In this document: positions 51,975 through 60,771 of the stretch, in pieces
Layout of the letters: each line of letters starts with the position of its first letter
Position numbering within the stretch: the stretch's first letter is position 1
From: Spirochaetia bacterium
Lineage (GTDB): Bacteria; Spirochaetota; Spirochaetia; UBA9216
Reading direction: 5' to 3'
Assembly: GCA_965140585.1 (NCBI GenBank)
Contig: OZ223269.1
Coordinates: 864,001 to 928,000 of the forward strand
Length of the DNA: 64,000 bases
The notes under the pieces: generated by a model
Told to the model about the DNA's origin: nothing
Seen by the model: only the letters and a program-made list of their open reading frames with translations
Databases searched by the model: none
Position numbers and translations under genes: made by a program

Positions 51975-52613
51975 ATGAGCAAAAACATAGCACCTACAAG
52001 ATCCAATTTGATGAAACTCAAAGAAGAACTGAAGTTCGCTGAACTTGGATATGAACTGCTTGATCAGAAAAGAAACATTCTTGTTATTGAACTGCTGAAT
52101 CTTGTCGATCAGGCTGTAGAATATGAAACAAGGGTAAATGATTCTCTCAGTCAGGCTTATAGCAGCCTTGAGGACGCTGTAATGGAAATGGGTAAACTTA
52201 AAATAGGGAACCTGACCGGAGCCATAGATATTACCAGTAATATTAAACTTAAAGAGCGACGGGTAATGGGAGTTCGGCTTCCGGTTGTAAATACCGAGTT
52301 TATTGATAACGGACCGTACTTCAGTCCGCTAGGCACAAGCTATTTAATTGAAGATGCTCTGGATAATTTCAAGGAAGCATTAAAATTGATGGGTAGAATG
52401 GCAGAGCTGAAAGTATCTATTATGCGACTGGCCCAGGAAGTAAAAAAAACTATCAGAAAAGTAAATGCACTTGAAAAAATCGCTATACCTGATCTAAAAG
52501 AATCAATCCAGTTTACTATAAGCCGTCTTGAAGAAGCAGAAAGAGAGAGTTTTCTATTGATGAAGATGGTTAAAAGCCGTCTGGAAAAGAAAAAGCAGCT
52601 TGAAAATAAATGA
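51975..52613 (+). CDS. atpD: A/V-type ATPase subunit D
   Basis: PTR.NL, G..LL..KR, RKVNALEK..IP. Confidence 0.95.
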   Translation: MSKNIAPTRSNLMKLKEELKFAELGYELLDQKRNILVIELLNLVDQAVEYETRVNDSLSQAYSSLEDAVMEMGKLKIGNLTGAIDITSNIKLKERRVMGVRLPVVNTEFIDNGPYFSPLGTSYLIEDALDNFKEALKLMGRMAELKVSIMRLAQEVKKTIRKVNALEKIAIPDLKESIQFTISRLEEAERESFLLMKMVKSRLEKKKQLENK

Positions 52614-52642
52614 TGAGTTATATGTAAAAAGGTACAAATCAT

Positions 52643-53902
52643 TTAAATATTATCAAGTGGACTTTGTACCCCGAGTTTGTTCTTATTTGTCACATGTGTG
52701 TAGATCATCGTTGTACTAAGATCAGAATGACCAAGAAGTTCCTGAACCGTTCGGATATCATATCCTGATTCTATCAGATTAGTCGCAAAACTGTGTCTGA
52801 GAGAATGTACGCTTGCCTGTTTTGTTATGCCTGCCTGCAATACTGCTGAATGAAAGGCTTTTTGCAATGTGGAAGGATAGATATGAAATCTTCTGATCAC
52901 CTGAGAAAATGGATCAACAGAAAGATGATGAGAAGGAAACACCCAGAACCATATCCAGGATTTAGAAGCATTACTATATTTGGAGGATAAAGCCTGAGGC
53001 ATCATAACGCCTTCACAACCAGAAGAACGATCCTTTTCATAAATCTTCCTTATCCCTTCCAGATGGACTTTAAGTTCTGATATTAGGGATTCGGGAAGCA
53101 ATGTCAACCGATCTTTATTGCCCTTACCAGAGCGGATGTGAATAAACTTTCCGTTAAAATCTATATCCTTTACTCGTAATGAGAGACATTCCTTTAAACG
53201 CATACCACTGCCGAAAATCAGTTTAGACATAAGTTTGTTTGTGCCATCCATGTAACTGAATATCTTAGAAATTTCTTCTATCGTAAGTACTACAGGTAAT
53301 TTGGGATGCCTTTTAGAAAGCTTTATATCCTTAATATTAATTTCATCGATGCTGTATACGCTTCTTGCAAAAAATAGAATAGCGTTGAAAGCCTGCTTTT
53401 GTGTATTTACAGAAATCCGCCTAGTTGAAGCGAGAGTTTGAATATATTTGATAAAATCCTGCTCATAAACATTATCAGGGACAGCATCAGTATGTTTTAT
53501 AAAGTCTTTTACCCACCATTGATATGATTTTTCAGTCTGTAATGATCTATGTTTTAAACGTAGCTGAATTCGGTTTTCCTCAATTTTTGATAACCATTCC
53601 GGCTTAATATCAATAAAATTATTTTGTTCCAATTTGATTTCAATAGAATTGAATTTGAAGTATTTCAGTACAGCATCTTCAGCCTGAATAAGCTGCCAAT
53701 CTTCAAGTTTTGAATCTAATTTAAGGTCATCTATAAAAGTTTTATACGAATAGTCCTCTGACTGTTTCTTTTTTTTAAACGATAAAAATTTACTAACCCA
53801 ATAACAGTAGTATGGGTATACCTTAGCCGGAAGAGAAGTATAGCTTCTGAGATACCCTGTATAAGCATCCAAATTAGCAGATTTATTTTTTGATTCTTTC
53901 AT
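52643..53902 (-). CDS. intI: Integron integrase (tyrosine recombinase) with N-terminal extension
   Basis: [46 protein letters not shown], plus the integron-specific insertion (MP.AL..KY..A..SW.WFWVFPS...DP). Confidence 0.96.
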   Translation of the reverse strand: MKESKNKSANLDAYTGYLRSYTSLPAKVYPYYCYWVSKFLSFKKKKQSEDYSYKTFIDDLKLDSKLEDWQLIQAEDAVLKYFKFNSIEIKLEQNNFIDIKPEWLSKIEENRIQLRLKHRSLQTEKSYQWWVKDFIKHTDAVPDNVYEQDFIKYIQTLASTRRISVNTQKQAFNAILFFARSVYSIDEINIKDIKLSKRHPKLPVVLTIEEISKIFSYMDGTNKLMSKLIFGSGMRLKECLSLRVKDIDFNGKFIHIRSGKGNKDRLTLLPESLISELKVHLEGIRKIYEKDRSSGCEGVMMPQALSSKYSNASKSWIWFWVFPSHHLSVDPFSQVIRRFHIYPSTLQKAFHSAVLQAGITKQASVHSLRHSFATNLIESGYDIRTVQELLGHSDLSTTMIYTHVTNKNKLGVQSPLDNI

Positions 53903-54089
53903 GTATATTTAAACTGCTAAATTTTCTGATTGATTGAAAAATATTTTCAGGTGTATCCTATTATATATAACTTTATAGTTTTTAACGATTTTTTAGAGAT
54001 ATGCGGTATAACATTGCAATAGCGGAGTTATATGGAACTCAGGAACAAGAAATTTGGTTAGTTTAAGAGTTCTGTTATTTTTAAGATAT

Positions 54090-54133
54090 TTTTTTGTTAT
54101 ATAGAAAAATAGGGATCGAATATGTTATGTAGA
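54090..54133 (+). other. attI recombination site; crossover G/TT predicted at 54124-54125
   Basis: GTTATGTAGA at 54124-54133 is the exact reverse complement of TCTACATAAC (55942-55951) at the end of cassette 1. The left boundary is approximate. Confidence 0.7.
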
Positions 54134-54236
54134 ATTTAGGAATGATTATATGTTTTATAACGATTTGTCAATAAAAAAATTTAGATGTGTTATAGAAATT
54201 TATGCTAAAATATAAGAAAAGTGACATGAGGGGAAT

Positions 54237-55940
54237 ATGAAAATTACATGTATTGATAAGGATATAAAGAAAGTTTTAGAGACTGGGTATTTTCATATAC
54301 CGAGGTTTCAAAGGCCATATTCTTGGGAAAAAGAGCATATCGAACAATTTTGGATCGATACAGTAAAAAATCATACTAAAGATTATTTTATTGGGTCGTT
54401 TGTTTTATTTAAGAAAGAAGATGAATTATATGGAATAGTAGATGGTCAACAGAGAATAACCACAATTACATTGATTTTATGTGCTTTACGAGATGCATAT
54501 ATAAAGTATGATTTTGATAATCAAGCTAAAGGTGTTCATAATCTTGTTGAAAAAATAAACTTAGATAATGAGAAACGTTTTATTTTACAGACTGAATCAT
54601 CATATCCGTATTTTCAAGAATATATACAAAAATATGATGACCCAGAAATTGAAGTTGAATTGGGATCCGAGGAGATTAATTTAAAAAAAGCATTTGATCT
54701 AATTAATAAATATATCAAAGAAGATTTGGAGTTAATTAATAAAAATCAACAAATTTCTGATAAGAAAGAAGAAATAGAAAAGCATCTTAGCTTTATAAGA
54801 AATTGTATTCTTAAATTGAATGTAATATATATTGAATTGGATAATGAAGAGAATGCTTATACAGTTTTTGAAACATTAAACACTAGAGGTAAAGAATTAA
54901 ATGTCTCAGATCTCATAAAAAACTATTTATTAAAAAATATCAAATCGAAGAATGTGAAGGTAGATATTGCAAAAGAAAAATGGAATAGAATTAGAGATAA
55001 TATTGATAGAGCAGCTATTAATATTGATATGGATACTTTTATGGTACATCATTGGTTATCTAAGTATGAATATACAACAAAAAAAACATTATTTTCTCGA
55101 GTTGAAGTTGTTATAAAAATTATTGATATACAAAGATATTTAGATGAGTTAGTTAACGATTCTAATATTTATTCTATAATTTATGATCCGGATCTATATA
55201 AATGGAGTAAGAATGAAATTATTCTAAAAGAATCTTTAAATGCGTTGTCCTTATTTAATGTTTCACAACAAACACCAATAATTTTATCAATTTTAAGAGC
55301 TTATCATGAAAAACGCATTACTTTTGCATATGCAAGAGATTTTCTATTATTGATTGAAAAATTTCATTTTATATTTACGGCAATAACATCACAAAGATCT
55401 TCTGGAAGCATTGCTACAATGTATTCAACAATGGCAAGAAAATTATCAAATTCTGGATCAAATAAAGAAACGGCTGATATTTATAAGGAGCTAAAACATC
55501 GACTAATTGCAAAACTTCCCTCATATGATGAATTCCTTGCTAATTTTGTTAAATTACAATATACAGACACTTATAGAAAAGATAAAAAAATAATTCAGTA
55601 TACTTTGAAGAAATTTGATATGTTTTTTAATAAAAGAGGATCACCTATAAATTATGATCTTATGACTATAGAGCATATTTCGCCTCAAAATCCTAAAGAA
55701 AAATATGATATTAATTATGATGATTCTATGGGTGCAATTGGGAATTTGCTTCTCACTGATGCAAATTTAAATGGAAAATTGAAGAATAAAAAATTTAGTG
55801 ATAAAAAAGAACTTCTTTTGAAAACGTCTATCAATATTGATGAAATAATAATTAATAGTATTGAATGGAACAACGAGAAAATACAAGAAAGAACTTTGTT
55901 TATATCTAAAAAATTATATGAAAATGTATTTAGATTATAA
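54237..55940 (+). CDS. Cassette 1: DUF262 + DUF1524 (HNH) protein, GmrSD/SspE-like restriction-type nuclease
   Basis: IPRFQRPYSW, VDGQQRITT, FETLNTRG and C-terminal EHISPQ...GNLLL...N...N. Confidence 0.9.
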   Translation: MKITCIDKDIKKVLETGYFHIPRFQRPYSWEKEHIEQFWIDTVKNHTKDYFIGSFVLFKKEDELYGIVDGQQRITTITLILCALRDAYIKYDFDNQAKGVHNLVEKINLDNEKRFILQTESSYPYFQEYIQKYDDPEIEVELGSEEINLKKAFDLINKYIKEDLELINKNQQISDKKEEIEKHLSFIRNCILKLNVIYIELDNEENAYTVFETLNTRGKELNVSDLIKNYLLKNIKSKNVKVDIAKEKWNRIRDNIDRAAINIDMDTFMVHHWLSKYEYTTKKTLFSRVEVVIKIIDIQRYLDELVNDSNIYSIIYDPDLYKWSKNEIILKESLNALSLFNVSQQTPIILSILRAYHEKRITFAYARDFLLLIEKFHFIFTAITSQRSSGSIATMYSTMARKLSNSGSNKETADIYKELKHRLIAKLPSYDEFLANFVKLQYTDTYRKDKKIIQYTLKKFDMFFNKRGSPINYDLMTIEHISPQNPKEKYDINYDDSMGAIGNLLLTDANLNGKLKNKKFSDKKELLLKTSINIDEIIINSIEWNNEKIQERTLFISKKLYENVFRL

Positions 55941-55944
55941 ATCT

Positions 55945-56080
55945 ACATAACAAGAGATTTGGAGTAGTCAAAATTTATTGTCACGATTCTGGCTAAAGAC
56001 GTTCGCTGATCGCTCACTCCAGAATCGCGCCAATTCGGCGAAGACGCCGATCAATTTTGCTACTCAAATCGTCGTTCTAC
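55945..56080 (+). repeat. attC site 1
   Basis: R'' ACATAAC; GATTTGGAGTAG / CTACTCAAATC arms with one extra G; R' GTTCTAC; 136 bp. Confidence 0.93.
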
Positions 56081-56210
56081 AGAACAATATAGTTAGTGAC
56101 AACAACAATAAAATAAGTAGATGCAATTAAGGTAAAAAGTTCACTGGTAGCTGGTCATTTGGGGATAAACCTCCGGTGGAAGATTTATTTTGTGGCTATA
56201 AATTTGGAAA

Positions 56211-56260
56211 TAGACAATAATTGAATTATATAGTACATTTAACGTGCGTTATAGCGTACG
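56211..56260 (+). promoter_or_regulatory. TA cassette promoter/operator
   Basis: TAGACA-N17-TACATT overlapped by GTAC/GTGC/GTAC cores spaced 11 and 12 bp, resembling YefM-family operators. Confidence 0.6.
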
Positions 56261-56268
56261 GAGGTTTT

Positions 56269-56511
56269 ATGAGTTCTATAAACATTACAAATGCGAGAAA
56301 AGACCTATACAGAATTGTTGAATCAGTCAATTTATCACATGAACCAATTCATATAACTGGAAAAAATAATTCCGCTGTTCTAATTGGGGAAGAGGATTGG
56401 AAGAGTATTGAAGAAACACTTTACTTAATGTCTATTCCAGGAATGAGAGAATCTATAGTAGATGGAATGAATTCACCTATAGATGATTTAGAAGAGGATC
56501 TGGATTGGTAA
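56269..56511 (+). CDS. yefM: Cassette 2: Phd/YefM family antitoxin
   Basis: NITNARKDLY, PIHIT, AVLI.EEDW.SI.ETLYL..IPGM; ATG 56269 after GGAGG. Confidence 0.93.
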   Translation: MSSINITNARKDLYRIVESVNLSHEPIHITGKNNSAVLIGEEDWKSIEETLYLMSIPGMRESIVDGMNSPIDDLEEDLDW

Positions 56512-56772
56512 ATGTATCGATTACTCTATACAAAACAAGCTAAAAGAGACGCTAAGAAACTATCAGAAAGTAATCTTAAAAGAAAAACCCAAGAATTATT
56601 AGACATAATAAAAATAGATCCATTTCAAAATCCACCACCATATGAAAAATTAATTGGAGATTTAACTGGAGCCTATTCTATACGCATAAATATCCAGCAT
56701 CGACTTGTATACCAAGTTATTAATGACGAACATATTGTAAAAATATTAAGAATGTGGACACATTATGAATAA
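56512..56772 (+). CDS. yoeB: Cassette 2: Txe/YoeB family toxin
   Basis: P.EKL.GDL.G.YS.RINIQHRLVY and terminal HYE. Confidence 0.94.
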   Translation: MYRLLYTKQAKRDAKKLSESNLKRKTQELLDIIKIDPFQNPPPYEKLIGDLTGAYSIRINIQHRLVYQVINDEHIVKILRMWTHYE

Positions 56773-56781
56773 TATATGTCT

Positions 56782-56919
56782 GTAGAACAAGCAGTTGCAA
56801 CAGTCTTAGCTATTGTCAAGGTTCTGGCTGAGACGTTTCGCGCTGATGCGCTACACTCCAGAACCTCGCCAATGCGTGTGAAAACACACGCCGCTAAGCT
56901 GCTGAACTGGTCGTTATGT
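56782..56919 (+). repeat. attC site 2 (divergent arms)
   Basis: R'' GTAGAAC; CAGTTGCAACAGTCTTAGC / GCTAAGCTGCTGAACTG arms; R' GTTATGT; 138 bp. Confidence 0.9.
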
Positions 56920-57041
56920 TTAACATTTTATAGAGTAAATAGTAATGGGATGAAAAATCTTTAATTGATTGAATAGAATTTAAGAGATTGATACCCTATA
57001 AAAGTATTTTTATATATTGAATAAATAGTAGGATGGAGATA

Positions 57042-57827
57042 ATGAAAAAGAAATTAATAATAGCATTATGCTTTTTTATGGTTGTAATATCAGTATATTC
57101 GCAAGAAAGATATGAAATACTTGTTTCTGAACCAGAAATCGATAAGAAGTTAGTTTTAGATGATTATTATCTGTGTCGAAATATATATTTTGATTTCTTT
57201 GTTTCTTTAAAAATTGATGATGAATTATCAATTAATGATACGAAGACCTTATTTAAAAAGATAATTGAGAATACATGCGAAACAAGACAACAAGAGATAA
57301 CAATCAACGGGAAAGAAAGAATATTTATCAGGATAAAACCAATTATTATTAATAATCAAGAAAATTTAGTTGTATACTCAAATTATAATGTTAAAACTAA
57401 ATTATTTGAAAAGGATTTTGAACAATTAAAAGACTTATATGCAAAAAGGTATATGATAGTAAATGATAAGATCATTGATGCAAAGAAGATCCTTGATGAT
57501 ATTGAAGAAAGAAAACTAATAGACGATTGGAAAAACACAAACCAATATAATAAGATCGCTGATCATCTAATAAACTATTCAGTTAATGATAATATTCAAG
57601 ATATTATTACTACATTAAATATGGGAATTAATAATAATTCTAATACAATTGAAGATACGTTATTACTGAATTTTAGTTATTTAGAATATTTTTTAAAAAT
57701 GAAAGAATACAAAGATTTTGAAAACAAAATATATGAAATTGGTGTGGTTGATGGCGATTCTGATTTTATTCAAGATATCATTAGAAATTTTGATAGATTA
57801 AAGCAAATTTTAGTTGGAATAGAATAA
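57042..57827 (+). CDS. Cassette 3: secreted hypothetical protein
   Basis: Signal peptide MKKKLIIALCFFMVVISVYSQ after GGAG (alternative ATG 57033); no family recognised. Confidence 0.75.
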   Translation: MKKKLIIALCFFMVVISVYSQERYEILVSEPEIDKKLVLDDYYLCRNIYFDFFVSLKIDDELSINDTKTLFKKIIENTCETRQQEITINGKERIFIRIKPIIINNQENLVVYSNYNVKTKLFEKDFEQLKDLYAKRYMIVNDKIIDAKKILDDIEERKLIDDWKNTNQYNKIADHLINYSVNDNIQDIITTLNMGINNNSNTIEDTLLLNFSYLEYFLKMKEYKDFENKIYEIGVVDGDSDFIQDIIRNFDRLKQILVGIE

Positions 57828-57847
57828 CTATTAAAAGAATTATGTAA

Positions 57848-57985
57848 ACATAACATGAGATTTGGAGTAGTCAAAATCTTTGTCACAGTTCTGGCGGAGA
57901 CACTCCGCGCTGATCGCGCTGCGTTCCAGAACTGCGCCAAGCCTCGAAGACTCGGCCGATTTCGCTACTCAAATCGTCGTTATAT
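57848..57985 (+). repeat. attC site 3
   Basis: ACATAAC...GTTATAT; same arms as attC1; 138 bp. Confidence 0.93.
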
Positions 57986-58122
57986 TCAATAAAGGTAACG
58001 GCCGGTAACTTGGTCAACACATTTCTAATAGATTAGTGTACAGCAGCGATTTATTAAGAAAAAGAGATTAGATTAGCTCCTGATTAAAATAATACGCCTA
58101 AAAGAGTTATAAGATTAAAGGA

Positions 58123-58217
58123 ACTTATTGATTTTCCATTTCATTACAAATCAATAAGTCTTTATATTCTAATGACTTAGCTAACAATTGTCTATTTAAA
58201 GATGCGAATGATAGAAT
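58123..58217 (+). promoter_or_regulatory. Cassette 4 palindrome + promoter module
   Basis: 12-bp inverted repeat ACTTATTGATTT-N13-AAATCAATAAGT, then TTGTCT-N18-TAGAAT with TG extension. Confidence 0.6.
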
Positions 58218-58416
58218 TATTTATAAAATATAGTTCCCAGGGGCTGAAAACAGCCTTAAAATGGTAAAATACAGAAAATTGTGTACACGTAGTTATTAGA
58301 AATTTGTATACAAAGCTCGGTCTGAACATAAATTGTGTTTTAATTAAATATTTGTAGGAGAAGTTGCTAATTTAATGGTATAAGTAAATAATATTATAAA
58401 ATTAAGGATTTAAGAA

Positions 58417-59130
58417 ATGAATGAAGTTGCAAAAATTATTTTAAAAAACAAAAATATTTTATTGATTTTAATCTCAATTATTCTATTGGTGATTTTAAAT
58501 TCTCTTAAAGATGTATTTTTTAGTGGTGAATTTTATGAAAGAACTAATAGATACATCAGCTGGATACTGGATCTCTTAATTATAATACAAAAAATTAAGT
58601 TGATTAAACATATATATAAAGATTTGATAGATGAAAATTATAGAGCTAATTTGAATATCAAGAGGGCTATAATAAATTACATAAGTTCAAATTTGGCAAT
58701 TGCAATACAAATGTTTCCATTTATTATAGGGTTTGTAGTAATCGAGTTGTTTAAAAGAAACTCTATTATTAATTTTAGTAATGAAAAAAATGATTTAATT
58801 TTTTTAATTGTTACGACTCCATACCTATATTTATTTATCTTTACTTTAGTGATAGCGTCAGTTGAAGATATAGGATGGTTTCCTAATACAAAAAGTTCAT
58901 TCATGTTTATTAGAGAAAATAATGGTGAACTGTATAAATTGATAATTATATATTTGTTTCCACAAGTAATATTATATATATCAAATGCTTTTCTTCCTTT
59001 AGATAATCAAGAATATATTTTATATAAATCTTTAATTGAAGTTGTTAAGATATTAATTTTCCCGGCATTATGTTATAAATATTTTGTAATTAATTTTAAG
59101 AATAAAAAACTTTTAATCAATAATATGTGA
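58417..59130 (+). CDS. Cassette 4: multi-pass membrane protein of unknown function
   Basis: About 5-6 hydrophobic segments; E..G.....KSS pattern loosely recalling DUF975/YciC-like membrane proteins. Confidence 0.7.
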   Translation: MNEVAKIILKNKNILLILISIILLVILNSLKDVFFSGEFYERTNRYISWILDLLIIIQKIKLIKHIYKDLIDENYRANLNIKRAIINYISSNLAIAIQMFPFIIGFVVIELFKRNSIINFSNEKNDLIFLIVTTPYLYLFIFTLVIASVEDIGWFPNTKSSFMFIRENNGELYKLIIIYLFPQVILYISNAFLPLDNQEYILYKSLIEVVKILIFPALCYKYFVINFKNKKLLINNM

Positions 59131-59145
59131 TATTAATAAAATTGA

Positions 59146-59284
59146 ATATAACAAGAGATTTGGAGTAGTCAAAACCTTTGTCACAGTTCTGGCTAAAGAC
59201 ACTCCGCGCTGATCGCGCTGCGTTCCAGAACTGCGCCAAGCCTCGAAGACTCGGCCGGTTTCGCTACTCAAATCGTCGTTATAT
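59146..59284 (+). repeat. attC site 4
   Basis: ATATAAC...GTTATAT; near-identical to attC3; 139 bp. Confidence 0.93.
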
Positions 59285-59412
59285 TTATTCACAGGGACGA
59301 GCATACATCTTTGCGTATAGATACTGAATAAGTAGGTAACCTAAGAATAGTAGATAGAATTTAATCAGATTTTATAAATAATTTGGATGTAAAGAAATTG
59401 TAAAATATGGAA

Positions 59413-59506
59413 ACTTAATGATTTTCTATTACATAGAAAATCATTAACTAAATATCTTTTAAAGAATTATTAAGATTTGCCAATATGAATGTTTGCATGA
59501 TAAAAT
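59413..59506 (+). promoter_or_regulatory. Cassette 5 palindrome + promoter module
   Basis: 15-bp inverted repeat TTAATGATTTTCTAT-tac-ATAGAAAATCATTAA, then TTGCCA-N18-TAAAAT with TG extension. Confidence 0.6.
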
Positions 59507-59617
59507 TAAAAAGATTAGCAAAAGATATATGGGGACAGTAGAAAAAGTGAAAATATTTTTTAACATAATAATTAGAATTATGCAATCAATACCCCTTTGG
59601 ATCAGTAGGACTATAAG

Positions 59618-60580
59618 ATGATTGAGATAAAAAGTATTGAACAGGATATGTTGAATGAATTATTTAATTCGAATATAAGACCAAGAATTCAACTAAATAA
59701 GAACGATGTGTATTCAGTTAAATTCTCAGATGATGAATTAGTAAAAATTAAAGAAATAGAAAAATCATATCATACAGTAGTTGGGATTGATATTTATCAA
59801 TATAGTCTTTTCCCGATAAAAAAACAAATCTTCATACCACATCTATTTAAATTAATATATGATGCTACTTGGGAAATGATTGTAGAGAATTATGAGTTTA
59901 TATTTCAAAATTATAAATGGATAAAGCATCCTGATGATAATTTAATGAAATATGAAGATTATTTTATAGATACAGGGGATGGAGGATTTCAAATTCTTGA
60001 AAGTCCATTACATGGTATTATTTTTATATTAACTTTTTCGACTATTTTAAGATTATATAATTCTGATTTATTCATGAGAAAATTGTATGCGAAAATAGGT
60101 AAAATTGAATTACGATATTCAATGACTTTTGATAATCTATATAGATACAATAATAATTATTATGGTACCGCGATCATTAATAATTCTAGAATTTTGGGAA
60201 AGGATAAATTAAATCGATTTTTAATAGATAGCAATACTTATGATTGGTTTTTAGATAGAATGATAGGGATTGAGAATCTAATGTCATTAGGCCTAAATAA
60301 TATAAAAGAAATTGAAGAATTTAAAAATTATGATTTTGACAGGATCCATACAATGCAAAATGCTCTTATCCCAGAGGAATTTAATAAAATAAATAAAGAA
60401 GGTATAAAATCAATAGATGTTCAAAAGATAGGAAAGATTCTACAAAAAAAGACTTATTTAGATATTTATAATGTACATATCCAGGCTGTTATTCAATATA
60501 TCAATTTATTTAAATATGAAAAAATAATTACCATATCTGTTGGAAATCTAAATATCAGCGGTATTGAAGGCTTGGAGTAG
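59618..60580 (+). CDS. Cassette 5: divergent class III nucleotidyl-cyclase-like protein
   Basis: VVGIDIYQYS (first metal Asp), DTGDGG (second Asp), LRYS, and YYGTAIINNSRIL matching the G..N.AAR helix. Confidence 0.65.
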   Translation: MIEIKSIEQDMLNELFNSNIRPRIQLNKNDVYSVKFSDDELVKIKEIEKSYHTVVGIDIYQYSLFPIKKQIFIPHLFKLIYDATWEMIVENYEFIFQNYKWIKHPDDNLMKYEDYFIDTGDGGFQILESPLHGIIFILTFSTILRLYNSDLFMRKLYAKIGKIELRYSMTFDNLYRYNNNYYGTAIINNSRILGKDKLNRFLIDSNTYDWFLDRMIGIENLMSLGLNNIKEIEEFKNYDFDRIHTMQNALIPEEFNKINKEGIKSIDVQKIGKILQKKTYLDIYNVHIQAVIQYINLFKYEKIITISVGNLNISGIEGLE

Positions 60581-60604
60581 AAAGATTATTAAGAAATATG
60601 AAAA

Positions 60605-60742
60605 ATATAACAAAAGATTTGGAGTAGTCAAAATCTTTGTCACAGTTCTGGCAGAGACACTTCGCGCTGATCGCGCTGCGTTCCAGAACTGCGCCAAGCC
60701 TCGAAGACTCGGCCGATTTTGCTACTCAAATCGTCGTTACAT
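60605..60742 (+). repeat. attC site 5
   Basis: ATATAAC...GTTACAT; near-identical to attC3/4; 138 bp. Confidence 0.93.
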
Positions 60743-60771
60743 GGAAATCGGAAAGCGGAGATGAAATAGTT

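Noticed and set aside
53903-54090. Pc/Pint promoters and a LexA box in the intI-attI region
   Set aside because: The region is too AT-rich to choose among several weak -35/-10 pairs, and no CTGT-N8-ACAG box was seen.
56120-56160. Short similarity between the cassette 2 leader (AAGGTAA...GGTAGCTGGTCA) and the cassette 4 start (AAGGTAA...GGTAACTTGGTCA)
   Set aside because: Too short and gapped to distinguish from chance.
56776-56964. Small ORFs overlapping attC sites (also 59113-59304, 60564-60764, 63241-63468)
   Set aside because: They arise from GC-rich, stop-poor attC sequence and cross cassette boundaries.
58417-59130. Cassette 4 as a Pycsar PycTM effector for the neighbouring cyclase
   Set aside because: It has more TM segments than PycTM and no recognisable PycTM motif, and it is a separate cassette. 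Kept only as a speculative partner.
60637-60771. N-terminal 45 aa of the 490-aa ORF
   Set aside because: It is read-through of attC5 and starts before the cassette boundary (60736); ATG 60772 with an upstream GGAG is more plausible.
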